From assembly GCA_904063045.1 (NCBI GenBank), contig CAJFCJ010000002.1, positions 1,386,422 to 1,450,421 on the forward strand: 64,000 bases of DNA, given 5' to 3'. The notes beneath the pieces were generated by a model that worked only from the letters and a program-made list of their open reading frames with translations, ran no database searches and had not been told where the DNA came from. Positions 12,481-29,300 of this stretch are shown here, in pieces. The translations under genes and the position numbers were made by a program. The stretch's first letter is position 1. The number at the start of each line of letters is the position of its first letter. The DNA comes from Dimorphilus gyrociliatus (lineage: Eukaryota > Animalia > Annelida).

Positions 12481-13064
12481 GACATGAAATTCGAACGCGA
12501 CCTACTTTTATGAAAAATATAGTTCTAATTTATTTTTCAATTCACTTGTCTTTTGCTTCATACTGTGGCATATTAAATAAGTTTTACACTACTGTAAACA
12601 TAAAAATAGACATTATCAACTTATTATCCCGGATAGGGAGTATCATACAAGCCATGAAATTTGTAAAGTTTTCTCCATAAAATTCTCTGCAGATGATTAT
12701 AACTTCCGGAAAAAATATTAGTCTAAAAAATTGATAATTAATGCCTGATAATAATTCCGATTTATTACAATAAAGTTTTAGATATTGCACTATAAATTTA
12801 TATATCATTTTTTTCTGAATTCTGTAATGAGAATTTCTTATAATCCTTGTTAGTCGTGCAGACGCGAAAATGACAAAGAACGTTGATTACTGTAACACCT
12901 TATAAAATCCTCATGTTCAATTAAGTATACGTACTTAGACGTTTGAATATTCGAAAACTAGGACATTACGATTAATCAAGAAACAAATGTAATAATTTTT
13001 TATTCAAACTAAAATTTGTTCTTGGAACGAATACAATAAGAAATTAATAGTTTTTTTTGGTATA

Positions 13065-16000
13065 TTAGTCCATACCAGTCTCTGCTTTTCTTGCTGCACG
13101 TTTTTCCTTGAAGCTTTGTGAATATCTACTACTACGGTTTTTTCGAAAAGCTTCAAAAGGATCTGACGAACGAGTCGGGACGCCAACCCCTAAAATAGAT
13201 ATGCATTTTAAGAAAACCCACTTGATTTCATAAAGTTTTACTACCTTTATATAAATCATTTCTATCCCTGACTTCGCCACCTTCTAAGGGATCTGTGATA
13301 CCTTGTTCTGAGACACCAAGCCCCCGTTCTCCAGACCAGCCCATCTTTCTCATCAGATTGAAACCACGATTGTTATCCTCCAGCCGACGATCCGCAGATG
13401 CTGAGCTAACTGCTACTTTCCTGGAAAGCATCAAGTTTGAACTGAATGATAGAAGATAAAGAGGTCGTTGACTTACCACGGAGGCGTAACGCTTCGACTT
13501 CTAGATCTCTTTGCAGCAGGAGACCGAGATCTTGACTTCACATATTCTGGAGATTCTGAAGATGTCCTACTGCGTGTGGGAGATCTGAATCGATGTTTGG
13601 GAGTGCGAGATCTGGATCTATATCTTAACCTTTTTGGTGAATGTGAATTTGAGCGCTGACCATTTGATGAAACGTCAAAACCCTGAGCCTCTCGGGCATT
13701 TTTCTTTGACTTGTAAAATTCGTAAAGGCCTAACTTTTCCCATCCATCACTGAAAAGGTGTGTTTATATAGATGTAAGTAGAGTTCATTTTTTTTCCATT
13801 TTTTTTACCTATCCCGAGGTTTATCGTGGTTAGGAGGAGCGTAATAAGCTTCTATAGCAGCTATTAACTTTTCACTTGGAGGTACAGGTGGTGGTAATCT
13901 AATAGCTGATGGGTCTAAAGGGCTATATTCACTGTCTTCCAACTGTACAGTGTTTAACCACAATTAATAAATAATCACAAACTCAATCGAGTGACTCTAA
14001 CCTGTATTAACGGTACCATAAGGCCAGCTGGCAACTCATGATAGGGAACAGTTGGAATCAGTGCTGAATCAGGACCGAATGGTGGTGGTGCGGCAGCTGC
14101 AGTCTTAGGACCTACTAAGAAAGAGATATATTAAAAAAATCTATTATATTTTTATCTTACCTGGATTTTGAGGTATACTTGGAAATCCTGGTGGTGGTTT
14201 GCTAAGGTCAGGTAGTTCAATTGCGGGTAGAGCAGCTTGTGGCCCAACAGGTGTTTGGCCATGATGATAATCTTGAATCAAGGGTGCCTTTGTGCGGTTT
14301 GCACCTTTTGGGAGATAATCTTACTTTTATACTATATAAAAGTATAATATATATAAAGGTTATAAATGAGTTGCTAACCATGTTGATAATCAAAAGCGGT
14401 TGCTGGCTTTATTGACGCTTGTGAGGGAAGGGATGGGTTAAAACTAGGTGGTCCTACATAATTTGGAAGCGGCTGATTGAAATCTGGTTGTATGATATTC
14501 GCAGGAGGTTGATTTATACCAAACTGTGGTGGCGGTATACTCAAATTTGGCTGATTGTGCATAACTGGAAGAGGCGGCGGCTATAATGAAGAAAAGGTAT
14601 TTTCTACTATTAAAATTTTAGAACATAAATTCACAATTCACAACCTGCGAATGAGCAATGCTCATCGGCACAGAAACCTGAGGTATATTTTGTTGCTGCT
14701 GTTGAGTTAACTCTAATTGTAGGTGTTCCAATTCGTTTCGCTTTGTCTGTCATCATTGTAGGAATGAAATATCATTGTTGTATCAGAAATTGATTTAACT
14801 CACTTGCAACTGATTTTTTAAGTGTTCAGCGTACTGTTGGTGTTGACTTTGTAATTTACTATACTGTTCATTGATAGTTTGGCTGACTGTATTCACAATA
14901 TCATTGTGTCTTGTCATCAAAGATGTCTATAAGAGAAAAAATCAGTATTAACAGAGATAGATGATTTAAAGATATAAAATATATAAGTAGACTTTACTTG
15001 ATATCCTGTAATGGCCTGCTGCGGTTCGTTTAATTGCTGATCGGTGATAATAGTTTTTACAGAAAATTATAAATCCAAAAATTAATACTTACATCCAAGA
15101 ATCCAATATCAAAGTAATTATTGTTTCTCCAGATAGTTAACAACTATAGAATTAAGTGTAATTGAACAAACGAAAAAAACTTTGTTATAGCTTTTCATAC
15201 CTTAGTTAGCTTCATTTTTTGTTCATCATTAGAACATGACAGAAAGGTAGTACAGAAAGCGGGTACAAGTACTGACTGAATTGCTGACTTTATATGTTCG
15301 GAATTTTCCGGATTTTTCTTAAAACTAAATTTAATTTAAATAGAAAGGGCTGTAATTATCTACACTTGATAAAAAAACCTAATTATCACCTACCAACTAT
15401 GCAATAAGTCATTCATTAAATAAATCAAATGTAAACGGCATTCGAACGTTGCTTGTTTGTTCATTATCCTATAGATAAGAATGTTAAAATAACTTTGAAT
15501 AATAATAAACATTTAGTCTAAACCTTCTAAGAAGGTGATCCAATATACACTTTGCATGTGCGTAGGATTTAGTGTTGGCTAATACCCAATTTTTCCCGTT
15601 CTGAAAATTATCAAGAAGTAGTATACAATAATTAAAAAAATATTATTTTCTAAAAACTAAAATCAAGCTCTTAGTATACGAAAATGTGTTTTAAAAATTG
15701 ACAACAATATCTATCAGAATTATCTGTTTTAAGATTTTTGTATCTTGACAGAAATGTAGTATACAATGATATAAAAAAAATATATTGTATTGTTGCCCAT
15801 ATTCTTACTGAAATATTATCCTTGGAGCAAGAACGTATGAGAGGTTCCAGGACACTGTCTATATCATTCGCATTTATACTGTAAGGCAACCAGAACTTTT
15901 AGCCATCTCATATAAGTTATTATAAAGACAAACTAAATACATAGTTTAAAAATGAACTAAAGTAATTTTTTGATATTTACCCGCATTGTTCACAACGTCC

Positions 16001-16602
16001 CCTCAATTGATCAGCTTCCGATTTTTCTATAAGTTCGACGATTTGAAGCTATAGAAAGGAAACACTCAATTAATATGCATTATTTGGCTGAGAGTGAAAT
16101 TAACCTGTTGTTGCTGAGTTAAACTCTGATATTGTGCATGCAAGTTGTGTTCACTTTCTTTTATTTTTTCTAAATGTTTCTCTTCCATTTGATGAATTTG
16201 TTCTTGTAATGAGCCAACTTGCTGATTTAGGATGTTCGGTTGTTGCCAGTTAGGTTGAGCGTGGGATATAGAATTTTTTAGAACTGCTTCAAGGATATTA
16301 ATTACTATTTAATTAATCATATTGGCTCAAAAACTCACTAGCTCTTTCGACGTTTACTCTGAATTGGTAATATTGATAATGCTCGCCTCCAAATAAAAAC
16401 TGAAATTTTGAATTTTCACGCTGTTTCTCTTTTGTCATTTGCTCAAACTCAGGGCCATTTCGAGCAACAAAAGATGCCAACTTGTCAATAATGGTTCTTG
16501 TTTCGTGATCTGAAAGAGAAATAAATCAGGCACCGTCTCAAAAACTTTCTACTTGGAGGAAAATATAGATCTCAAACCTTCAGGAGCAATTACTGCCTCC
16601 AT
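13065..16602 (-). CDS. CHERP: Calcium homeostasis ER protein (SURP-CID-RS-G-patch splicing factor)
   Basis: MEAVIAPE|DHETRTIIDKLASFVARNGPEFEQMTKEKQRENSKFQFLFGGEHYQYY (SURP); CID segment FECRLHLIYLMNDLLH; RS tract; G-patch NRGFNLMRKMGWSGERGLGVSEQGITDPL; C-terminal DPFEAFRKNRS. Confidence 0.93.
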
Positions 16603-17460
16603 TTGGTAGATGAAATTCTTAATAATAATATTACTAATGAAATGATTTTCAATATATTACACTCAGCCAGTATACTATCATAATATCGCCCATACAAGAT
16701 GGCCACTTAACTAACCAATAATAAACTCCTAGACTTCTTTAAATTAATAATAATTTTCGTAATTTTCGTTTACGCTTATTGTACTTAAAATATCATAATT
16801 TGTAATTTATAAAGATATACGAGTAGAATATAATACAAGGTCAATCACGTGACGACATAAATTAGCAAGAACGGAGAAGAACGGAACGCGAACGGTGTAT
16901 GTGGAGAAGCCGCTGATCTGTACTATCAAAAAAAGGGCAAAAACGTAAGTTTATTTCGATCTATTTTGCATTATGCAATTATCTTCTCAATAAATAAAAT
17001 GTCAATTGTTAATTTTTGTCCTTTGTCCATTCAATCACATATATATTAAAAAAATTAGTTCTCGGCTTGCTTTTATTTATTAATTGTTAGTTTATTTTGC
17101 CTAGTTGTTTGTAAAAGTCAGTTATCTTTGAAACAATACGTTTACATGGTTGATATATAGTTTACTTTGAGGAAAGTAAAATGCAAAATATTGCCCCTTT
17201 GTGTTTTTCATCGAAAGCTTTGAAAACTGACTGTGGGAAATTCCGTCCTATAAATAGACTCCACGTCATTTCAACTGGACGCGTACAATTCTTTGTGTCA
17301 AAAGTGAGTCACAATATTTAGTTCCAAGTGTCTTTTAAACAGCGTTGAAGATTGTATCACAATCAATCGAAATATGATGAAATTATTGATTTTAATATCT
17401 AAGCCTACAAATGAGGCCACGACGCTAATCGCTGATTGGTTAGAACATTCTGGTGAATCT

Positions 17461-17487
17461 GTCACGTGACGTTAAAGCATATATAAA
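17461..17487 (+). promoter_or_regulatory. Palindromic E-box GTCACGTGAC plus TATA box (proximal MKNK promoter)
   Basis: GTCACGTGAC at 17461-17470 and TATATAAA at 17480-17487, about 200 bp upstream of the first coding exon. Confidence 0.45.
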
Positions 17488-17683
17488 CAAGAGGTTGAGT
17501 CGTATTGGTGTAAGATCGTTCCGTGGCGTTGGCTGTGTCGAGTAGTGAATAAGAAATGTGTTTGTAGCTGAGGGTCAAATTTTTTTGTTGGTTTTTGTGC
17601 TGAGCTAGATAGTCAGAAGTCGAATACATAGTGGTATATAAATTAGCAGAAAGAAAAGTTGCGGTATAAACAACTGAGAAAGA

Positions 17684-20417
<2,734 letters not shown>

Positions 20418-21847
20418 ATAAAAATGACTGCAAGCACAGTAATTCTTTTTCTACATTCATTTCTTCATCTTGTCTTGTCGTTTGTTGCCATTTTAAGCAT
20501 CTCGTCATTGGAGAATATCTCCTGCATTTCGCCATATATAACAACTAATCATTTTCCGGTATTTCTCGCATCTGTTCATCAATTTCGGAATCCTGGTAGA
20601 CGGATGTGAAACGATTATGCAGAAGTTATAAAAATCCCAGATAACGGAGTGGTGCGATTATTTTTTTGGTTACATCGTTGACGAACTGAAATCACTCCGT
20701 CATATTTAAAATTAGTTGAAGGCCTTCTGTCTTTAGCTTTAATACGTGTAATGAATTAGTATGGTACAATTGTGCTTCATATTTTACAGCTTCTGTTTCT
20801 AGCTTTCTAGTTCCCTTCATGTTGATCATATGCGATCGCTGTAACTGTAGATTGGCTTTCGTGCACGTGTTCTGATTTTTGAGAATCGCAACTGATGATA
20901 GTTTTATAGATATATGTTGATGTCCCATTTCATTTGTGTGTACACGCGTAAACGATGTCCGTCCTCTGTTATTTCATTATTGATTTATGCTTATGAGTTA
21001 AAAAAAAGCCGTACATTGAGCTTGCTTGAACAATGGATGGCGTTAAATGAATTTGTGGTTATTGCTCACCGGTCCAAATGACCTGTTTGTGTTGAACTTG
21101 ATTGTATGAGTGTGCGGATGAGTGTGCACTGGGAATCTTGCATTTTGGTACATTTTGAATAATGTACTCGTATATCGAATGATTTTATGTACTGTGCTTC
21201 TACTCGATTGTGAGATGTTTCACTTGAAAACAAAAACGTTAAATGACAGGTTGCCGTGTTTGGTGCGAAGGTGCTAACTGTAAAGTGTGACATCGAATTT
21301 GCCTCTTAAACTTATTTTTGTAAATTTGAGTTAACATAAGTGATTGGCAAGTTCGTTGGGCTAAACTATATATATATATATATTTTTCCTGTGTTCTAAA
21401 AAAATGGTTTGTTAACATCTCGCCGCTGAAAATTATTTAGCTACATTCCTTTGTTTTTTTTCGACAACATTTTGAAATTATTGAGTAGGGCTGGAAATCT
21501 TTTGGAAAAATATGGAAAAATGAATTTATCTCCTTAAATAGCTTTTTTGTGTATTTCCTGATGATAAATTTCTTAACGTTTTTAAACTGTAATTTGTCTG
21601 TATACAATGGTTCCTTGACCGATTGTTTCTCTACTAAAAGTTTTGACAAATAAATTTGGTTTGTTTCAGTAACATAAAGCGTTGAATCTTTGTTTATTTC
21701 CTAGTGATTAATAACACGATTATTATTCAACAAATTCATATCAATAGAGACTAGGACTAATTTTGTAAGGTTGCCAATTTTCTGTAGTGTCGACAATCGA
21801 ATGACCTCGGTGTTTTAAAAAACACGCCACGCAAAGCGATATCAGAT

Positions 21848-22373
21848 ATGGTGAGCTTATACCTTTAACTATGACCTGTTTAGATATAAGAAATTTAACA
21901 TTTTCCAGCTTCCATCAGCAGTTTCCCTTGATACTCGGAGATTAAAAGTCTTAAACGATTCCAAGAGAAAAAAGACAGACCGTCATATAAATAATCTATC
22001 TACTGACCGAGATTTGCAAGTTTACCGTGTTGCTAGAGAATATCTAAATCTATCAGAACTGGAAGATATACCTTGTAAATGTTGTGCTCAAAAGATCTGT
22101 AAACCCCCTACTAGGGAAGTCAACATGTCTAGCGACACATTCAGATCTGTCACGTACTATAGGCCACCCAGTTCCAACTGGGTAAACAGGAAACAGGCGG
22201 ATCATATAAGAATTCAGCCTAATATCTGGCACTCCTCCTGCAAATATATTCAATATCCCGCCAACTATAGAACGAAAGATACTGAAAACCTACAAAATAA
22301 AATTTTGGAAGCGGAAGCTAAATTTGAAAACTCTTTAAATAGACTGACCAATTCGTTACATAATATAAAGTAG
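21848..22373 (+). CDS. Uncharacterised ~155-aa protein (ATG-only first coding exon, intron 21851-21908)
   Basis: ATG|gtgag..ttttccag|CTT CCA TCA.. joins in frame (105 nt upstream of 22014) to the 119-aa ORF. Confidence 0.6.
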
Positions 22374-24121
22374 TCAATGTATAGAGATACGTGAAAAACA
22401 GTATTATATTATAAAATTCAATAATCGTATTAAATAGAAGAGAATAACAATTTCTGTTCTAGAAAAAAAAAAGAGTTAATGTTGACTTAATTTTAATCTC
22501 AATACCAAAAAAAGAGGCTTATCTTATAAATATTTTGGCAATTACACGTAATACACAGAGTATAGGCTAGTTGTTTTTTTTATATTTTTTTTATTCGTTC
22601 TCCTTAACGATGACGAAATAAGTGAGTAATATTTCAATCAGTCTGAAGGAAAGCCACGAAACGATACAAATTATTCTGGAATATTCTAAAATCAAAAGAT
22701 ATATAGTTCTAACCTTGTCCCCGTTAAAACCTAAACGTGCAAGAGAGCTATTCTTTGTTTATGACCCATAATTGACATCGATATCTCTTTCAATAGTCCT
22801 ATGTATGTTTAACTATCTTATTCTTAAATGCTTCTTTCCTTGATAAAAGAATTCTATATAACTAAGAATAAAGGAGAATATTATTAATATTTTTATAGAA
22901 AATAACCTAAAATTGTCCGTGTAATAACATTTTCTTGAGCTGTTTGTTTACTTTGTCTAAAAAAGGAAACCGGAAATCTAATCGATGATATCGATAAGCT
23001 GTTGTAAGTTTAAAGCTTTTCTTTTTCTATACATGAACAATACAATGTCTAGCAGACACGTTCATTATATTTTTCGCTAATCAATAAAATACGTCGAGAT
23101 ATATTGCATTATCTTTTCGTCTATCTTGTTCATTCGTCCCTTCTTCTCTCTTGTTACCTATCTAACTATCTATCAATCTATTTATCTATCAATTTTTCCC
23201 TCCAATGTATACTATTTAATATTTAACTTGAGAGAAAAGAGACATTTATAGATAGAATATATGAAAGGTATTTTGTAAGAAAATCGAGTATATTTCGATT
23301 AGCCTTTGTACTCTTTTTATCTATCGAGGCACAGTAAATGTTATTAGAATATGAAAGATATAATCAAAATTCTCTTTTCCAGCATTTTTTTTAATAATAA
23401 ACCTTATAAATTTGCTAAATAGTTGCTATTTATAGATATATAGATATACTTATAAACCTATTTCTCTTCTCTATTTTTTGTCTTACTATGAATCGAAGAA
23501 AACCTTTAGAAATTTTGTTTATGATCAAGTTAATCGTTTTTTTTTCACAATTATCATGCAAGAATATTCTACGTCTCATAAAAACATATCATAAAGAAGA
23601 TTATTTCTTTCTTCTTTAACTGGAAGGCGGAATAGAGTGGTGAATTGCCAAAAAAGAGTACAATTTTTTTTAATGTGTGTATCAAGGGGACGTTGTGCGG
23701 TCAAGCGAACTGATAATCTAACTTAAATCGATTTTTTTACAAAAATATATAGGCTTAATGTGCAATTTTATCAACAGATTGATCTTCTCCCGTAGAACAT
23801 GTTATATACTATGTATTTATCTACCTATCTCTCTCTCTCCCTCATTATGATTGCTTGATTTCTTTGATAAAACTAACGCAAATACTGCGAACAAGAGAGG
23901 GAGGAGATTGAGGGAGGGGAAAGAGTAAAAGGGTATAAATATAGTCTATTAAACGTTATATAGAAGAATTATTTGTCTATAGTGCCTTACACATATAAAC
24001 TCTCTTCGCAAGAAAGCACTTCGCCCTCCAAGTTATTTTTAGAAGTTTTCATTCTGATATTGGAGAATACATTTTCATATAAAAGGAAAATAATTAGCGT
24101 TATATTTAAATTATTCAAGCT

Positions 24122-24123
<2 letters not shown>

Positions 24124-24157
<34 letters not shown>
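24124..24157. repeat. (TA)n microsatellite
   Basis: About 17 TA units; similar tracts at ~713-743, ~36873-36895 and ~44583-44603. Confidence 0.9.
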
Positions 24158-24159
<2 letters not shown>

Positions 24160-24724
24160 GTCTGTCTATAAATAAACCAAATATATACATATATATATAC
24201 AGTATATATATAGAATTATAATTTGTCCTTCTATTTGGCATATTTACAATTTCAAAACAAGTTTTTACTCTAACTTTTTCCGCCGTAAAGTTGATAACTT
24301 TGTTTTTTGTTTCTATTTTTTACGCACAGACAATATTAATGATGTTTACGTAATCTAGGTAAACGTTATCTAAGTTGAGTTCAACAACCGCTATACGTAC
24401 CAAATTTAGATGATATACTTTTATTAATATTACTAGACGAAAATGAGAATTTTAAGGTTGTCACCTATTTTTAAACAATTTTTATATTTAAGATAAAATT
24501 TCATCACTTTTTTTGAACGCACATAAGGTTTATAGGTCACTTATCTATAAAACTTGTAGAAAGTATTGCTTTAGTAACATAAATATTCAGTATTTGATTC
24601 CATAGAAGTGTCTGTCATTAAATTCTATGAATTACATCAATAATATACACACCTTATATATATTTTTTGGAATGATTATAAATAGGGGTTTTCTAAGCGA
24701 TTGTCAAGTATTTTTAAGTAGTTT

Positions 24725-24913
24725 TCATTGAAATTTCCCCGTTGTTAGAGATACTTTAGGTGTATCTTCTTGTCTAGACCAATCGTAATCTTCTATTCGC
24801 GGCATAAGAGAATCCGGATCTTTTAATGAAGGACGACAAACATAAAAAAAGAGTGCAATGAACATTAAAGAGATAGCAAACAAAATTAAATTTCGTTTAT
24901 GAGTTTTTGCCAT
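24725..24913 (-). CDS. Possible small single-pass membrane protein or first exon of a type II membrane protein
   Basis: MAKTHKRN-LILFAISLMFIALFFYVC-RPSLKD: basic N-terminus plus TM helix, head-to-head with the SR gene. Downstream exon structure unresolved. Confidence 0.4.
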   Translation of the reverse strand: MAKTHKRNLILFAISLMFIALFFYVCRPSLKDPDSLMPRIEDYDWSRQEDTPKVSLTTGKFQ

Positions 24914-25243
24914 GGTCTAATAGCAATAACAAAATGTCATAAAAATAACAAAATAGGATAATGATTAATATCAATTTAAAGTCATTAGTAAAGGCATTAT
25001 CTTGCAGAAATGCCTTGATATCATATACCTATGATCGCCAATAATCAACTTGTTGTTTGTTATTATCGCCCTTTGCGAAATATTCTGGCGGCGGAGAGGA
25101 AACCGATAGACGGACTATTTTTTCAGTCCTCCGCGTAGCAAATTGTATACGCTCAAAAAATACCGGTCCGCCATTTTAGCATTGTAACCGAGAAATTTTT
25201 ATTATTTGATTTTTAGCCGACATATACTGCAAAATCGGTACAG

Positions 25244-25733
25244 ATGGCGACAAGAGAGTGGCGCCTGGATTGTAAGGTTTATATTGGGGACCTTGGTGAT
25301 GGGGCAGAGAAAGAAGAAATAGAAGATGCGTTTAGTCGTTATGGAGAATTACGGAACGTATGGATTGCGAGAAGACCGCCCGGCTTTGCCTTTGTAGAAT
25401 TTGCTGATCCTAGAGATGCCCTAGACGCTTGCAGAGCTTTAGACGGAACGTTAGTATTTGAGATTATTACTGATATATTAATTAAATCTAACTTTGTAGA
25501 CGTATGAATGGAAGACGAGTCAAAGTAGAAATGTCCAGTGGTCGTGCAAGAAATGATCGAGGGAGATATCGAGGCTATGATAAGCGCTCGACTCCGCCAA
25601 GGTATTACAGACGGTCACGATCAAGGTTTCCGAAGCATATTTTTATAAATCCTTTTAGGCCCAAATATATGTTTGATTTTTTAGATCGAGATCACCTAGA
25701 CGTCGTTACCGTTCTCGAAGTAGAAGCCGATAA
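25244..25733 (+). CDS. SRSF3: SR splicing factor, SRSF3/Rbp1-like (RRM plus short RS, no zinc knuckle)
   Basis: [59 protein letters not shown]|[17 protein letters not shown]|[16 protein letters not shown]; three exons. Confidence 0.9.
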
Positions 25734-26371
25734 AAGAGATATAAACTTTCTCAGAAAAATATCGGTTTAAGCAGTGAAAGGCTGGAGCCAGTTGATACAG
25801 GCAATTTAATGTACGTATATTTTTTTGTAGTTAGTCCTTTTCTTTTTCACTCCTATATTTAGAAAGTTTACTGTATGTGTGCGTAGGTTAAGCAACAACT
25901 GTCCTTTACTGCGTATATTACACAATCTGTATCAACCGCCAACTCTTCAGTTGTGTCGGACAACTTTACAGAAAGTCTTCGCACGTCTGTAACACTGATC
26001 TGATGCATTACAAAAACAAAAATCACTGCTTTCAACTGCGTCGTCATTTCATCTGTAAGACACAGTTCAGCAAAGGTTTGATTTGTCAGGGCTAATTAAA
26101 AATGAGTAATATTCTTTAAACATGCGATATAGTAGGTTTCAGTCATCGATGCAGGACAACGCCCTGTACAACTGCAACAAATTTTGAATATTTTTAGTAG
26201 GGGACATTGTTGCTGACTTCGAGTGGACGTCGGTATATAAAATTGTGTTGTTACCGGACAGTGTGTTGAGTATCTTATGTCAAAAGTTTGTTAATTGTGA
26301 ATAAACTTAAAAAACTATGCAGTAATGTTTAATTATCAAATGATGTACGATTTGAGCAAATTATGGCACAG

Positions 26372-29300
26372 TCAACGACCTAGAAAGGCAGGATAATCGA
26401 GCTTAACATCTAAACTAGGGTTATTTCTTTTAAGAGAATGATGACGATAATATTCGACCAGGCCAGATAGATCAGCAAAATTAAACGGATACGCAAAACC
26501 AATTCCATCAGGATGTTCTTCGATAAGACAATGTCCAAACTTCCTTGGCTCAGTTTCCGATGAGTAGACAACTGTCAAGGCATGATTTGTATCTCTATCT
26601 CTAATTAAAAAAGTTCCAGGTCTTTTATCACTGAGTATTTCTTCTGCTTGAGGCCTTGAAATTTTGCCTGCATACCAGTACTTTGTTTCCCAATCGGTAT
26701 TATCTTCACACGCGCCATATATAGTATTTGGTTCCTTCATCTCACGGTTTCGGTCGAATTTTCGAAGCGTTTGCACTATTGATTTTTCAACTGACCAGCT
26801 TGGATACTTCATTTTATACTCACGAAATTGAAAGATTATGCTATCGATTTCTCCTTGAGAATAGTCTAAAGTATTTCTTAAGTAAGACTCAACAGTATGT
26901 CGCTTGCATGCTATATGGTTTATGGCTGATCTCAGTTCATTAATTCTATCTTCTTTTCTCATTTTATTTTTATATGACTCTTCCGCTTCTATTTTCAATT
27001 TATCCTTCATTTTTTCGTATGATTCAATTCTTTCTCGAAGTTTCAAAAAACTTTCCTGATAATTAAATTCATCTTTTTCACTTTTGGTCTCTGTTTGCGC
27101 TTCGTAACTCTTCAATAGACTTGAGAATTGGTTTTGGAACATGGAAATTGATTGATCAAATGCTGATATAGCTTGCTGTTTTCTGTCAATTTCATTTTCA
27201 AGGTCATGTATTTCATTATTAATGCGGTCTGTATGATCATTTAAATCTAGAAATTCGTTGTGCTTTACAAGCAATTTATATAAAATATCTTTTTCTTCTT
27301 CTTGCATCAAGTTTTGCTCTTCCTTTTCAACAGGATACTTCAGAAAGACATCTAACTTATGGTTATGCCTAGCCATAGATGTTGTTTTATAATTGTCAAT
27401 AAGCTGTTTAACAGAATTAAATTCGTAAGGAGGGGAGAATCCAAATTTTCCATTTTCCTGAACTATACGAATCAATCTCACAGTTTCGTCACATTTTACC
27501 GTTAAAGTATAATCTCCAACCCGACTTGCAGCATCTCTCACAAGAAAAGCTCCATCTGGATAGTTTTCCAACATTTTAGCTGCCTCGCCTCTTGAGATAT
27601 TTCCCCAATACCATAGTTCATCCGACAGTGGTGAAGTACTCGAGAGTTCCATTATAGAGGAACTTAAGTGGACATACGTTTTATGGGATTTTCTCCATTG
27701 AAATCTTGGAGGCAAGTCTAAAGCCCAATCTCCGATTCGTAAAAGAGCACTTATTATCTCACCGTGATAATTCATATTTTTTACTATAGATAATATTTTC
27801 TCCCATGGCGGTCTTAGGAGAACATGACAAAAGACTTGAGTTATTCTTTCACAGCCAGCGGTCTTATTCGTTTGATCAATTTCAATGCATATTTTCACAA
27901 TATGCCTCATAATATGAGTCAGAGTTGATTTATGTTTTGGCGGCATCATCTCAAAAATTCCTGTAATTTCTTCTAACATCTCTCTTTTATCAGTCATTTC
28001 TGTGGTTTGGTTAAATTGGTAAGTATTATTAATTAGCATTTACATATAAAAAAAAGGAAAAAGTACTCACTGGCTGCGGTTACGAATTGTTCGTAGAAAG
28101 ATACCGGAAGAACGGGATCTGGTAATTCCCTCAAATATGATTTTATAATAAATGCAATTGTCAATGTAGTATAATCTTTTAAATTCACTAATTTAGCATT
28201 CGGTTCTAAGTCAAAGATTCGACGAAGATCCTTTATTTGTCTTTTCTCTCTCTCACTTTTATTATTTCTATAACTCTCACACATACTAATTGGATTAGGA
28301 TTCCGATTTTCCAATTCTTTTGTACAAACTTGAATGATTTGTGGTGTTTCTTCGCCGAGTTCTATGGCTTCTTCCAAAGGGAAGCCAAATGTTTGATTAT
28401 CTAAAATAAATAGAGTATTGTAACTACCATTAATTTGAGTTTTATATTATCTACTTGGAATAAACGGCTCTGATCGCGGTAAAAGTCGATTCTCTTCGCA
28501 ACATTCTGGAACACCATTCGCAGCGCAGGTTCTATGGCAACATAGCCCGCATTCTATGTAATTTAAACGTATTAGATGAAATTTAATAACTCAACAGCTA
28601 TCTTTGCCCACCTCTGCATAAATATCCTTGCTTAAAAATACCCAACAAAAATTCAGAACAGATATGGCAACGTTGTAATTCGGAAAAGTTTTGCTCGTAG
28701 AAAGTATGTCTGCTGTTTAATCTCCTTTCAGGCGGCATTTTCTCAAAGGGTGGGGGTAACGATCCTTCCTCTATAGAACAATTCCTTGAGCATAGTTTAT
28801 CAATAGCGAGTAGAATACTGTTTCTTATAAATTGATCGTAAATTCTCATTTTCTGCAAATGATTTTTTTTATTAGAAAGCGGTTGGGTCTGTTAGAAATT
28901 TACTTCTAATTTATCCTTATCAATTTGGGAAAGATTAGCTCCGCTGATTTTGTGTGATTTGAAATATTCTTGATATCTATAGAGGTTACAAACAGCCATC
29001 CATTGCAGAACATGATCTGTAGACCAGACCTCAATTGGCTGTAATATAGAGAAACAATGATAAGAAATATTTGGCTTTTTTCTAGTTTTAGGATAAACAA
29101 ACCTGCGGGCTGTCATATGTCGCATCAAAGCATTTCTGCTGAATGCACTTGTGTCTTAATTTGCCCATAATATACTCAAGACACTCTGGATGATAGAAAG
29201 TTCCACAATCTGGAGAACGACGATTCAGTTTAATTTACGTTAAAAAATAGGTTTTTTAATAGCACTTACGATTGCATTTGAAACCTTTAATGTTAATACC

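Noticed and set aside
12405-12730. 91-aa + ORF and an overlapping frame (..HYQLIIPDREYHTSHEI..RKKY*)
   Set aside because: No consistent start or splice model and no homology; the region carries promoter motifs (E2F, TTCCGGAA).
22600-23750. SAM-like fragment LKEISMSIMGHKQRI and other short exon-like frames
   Set aside because: Bounded by stops and could not be joined into a gene.
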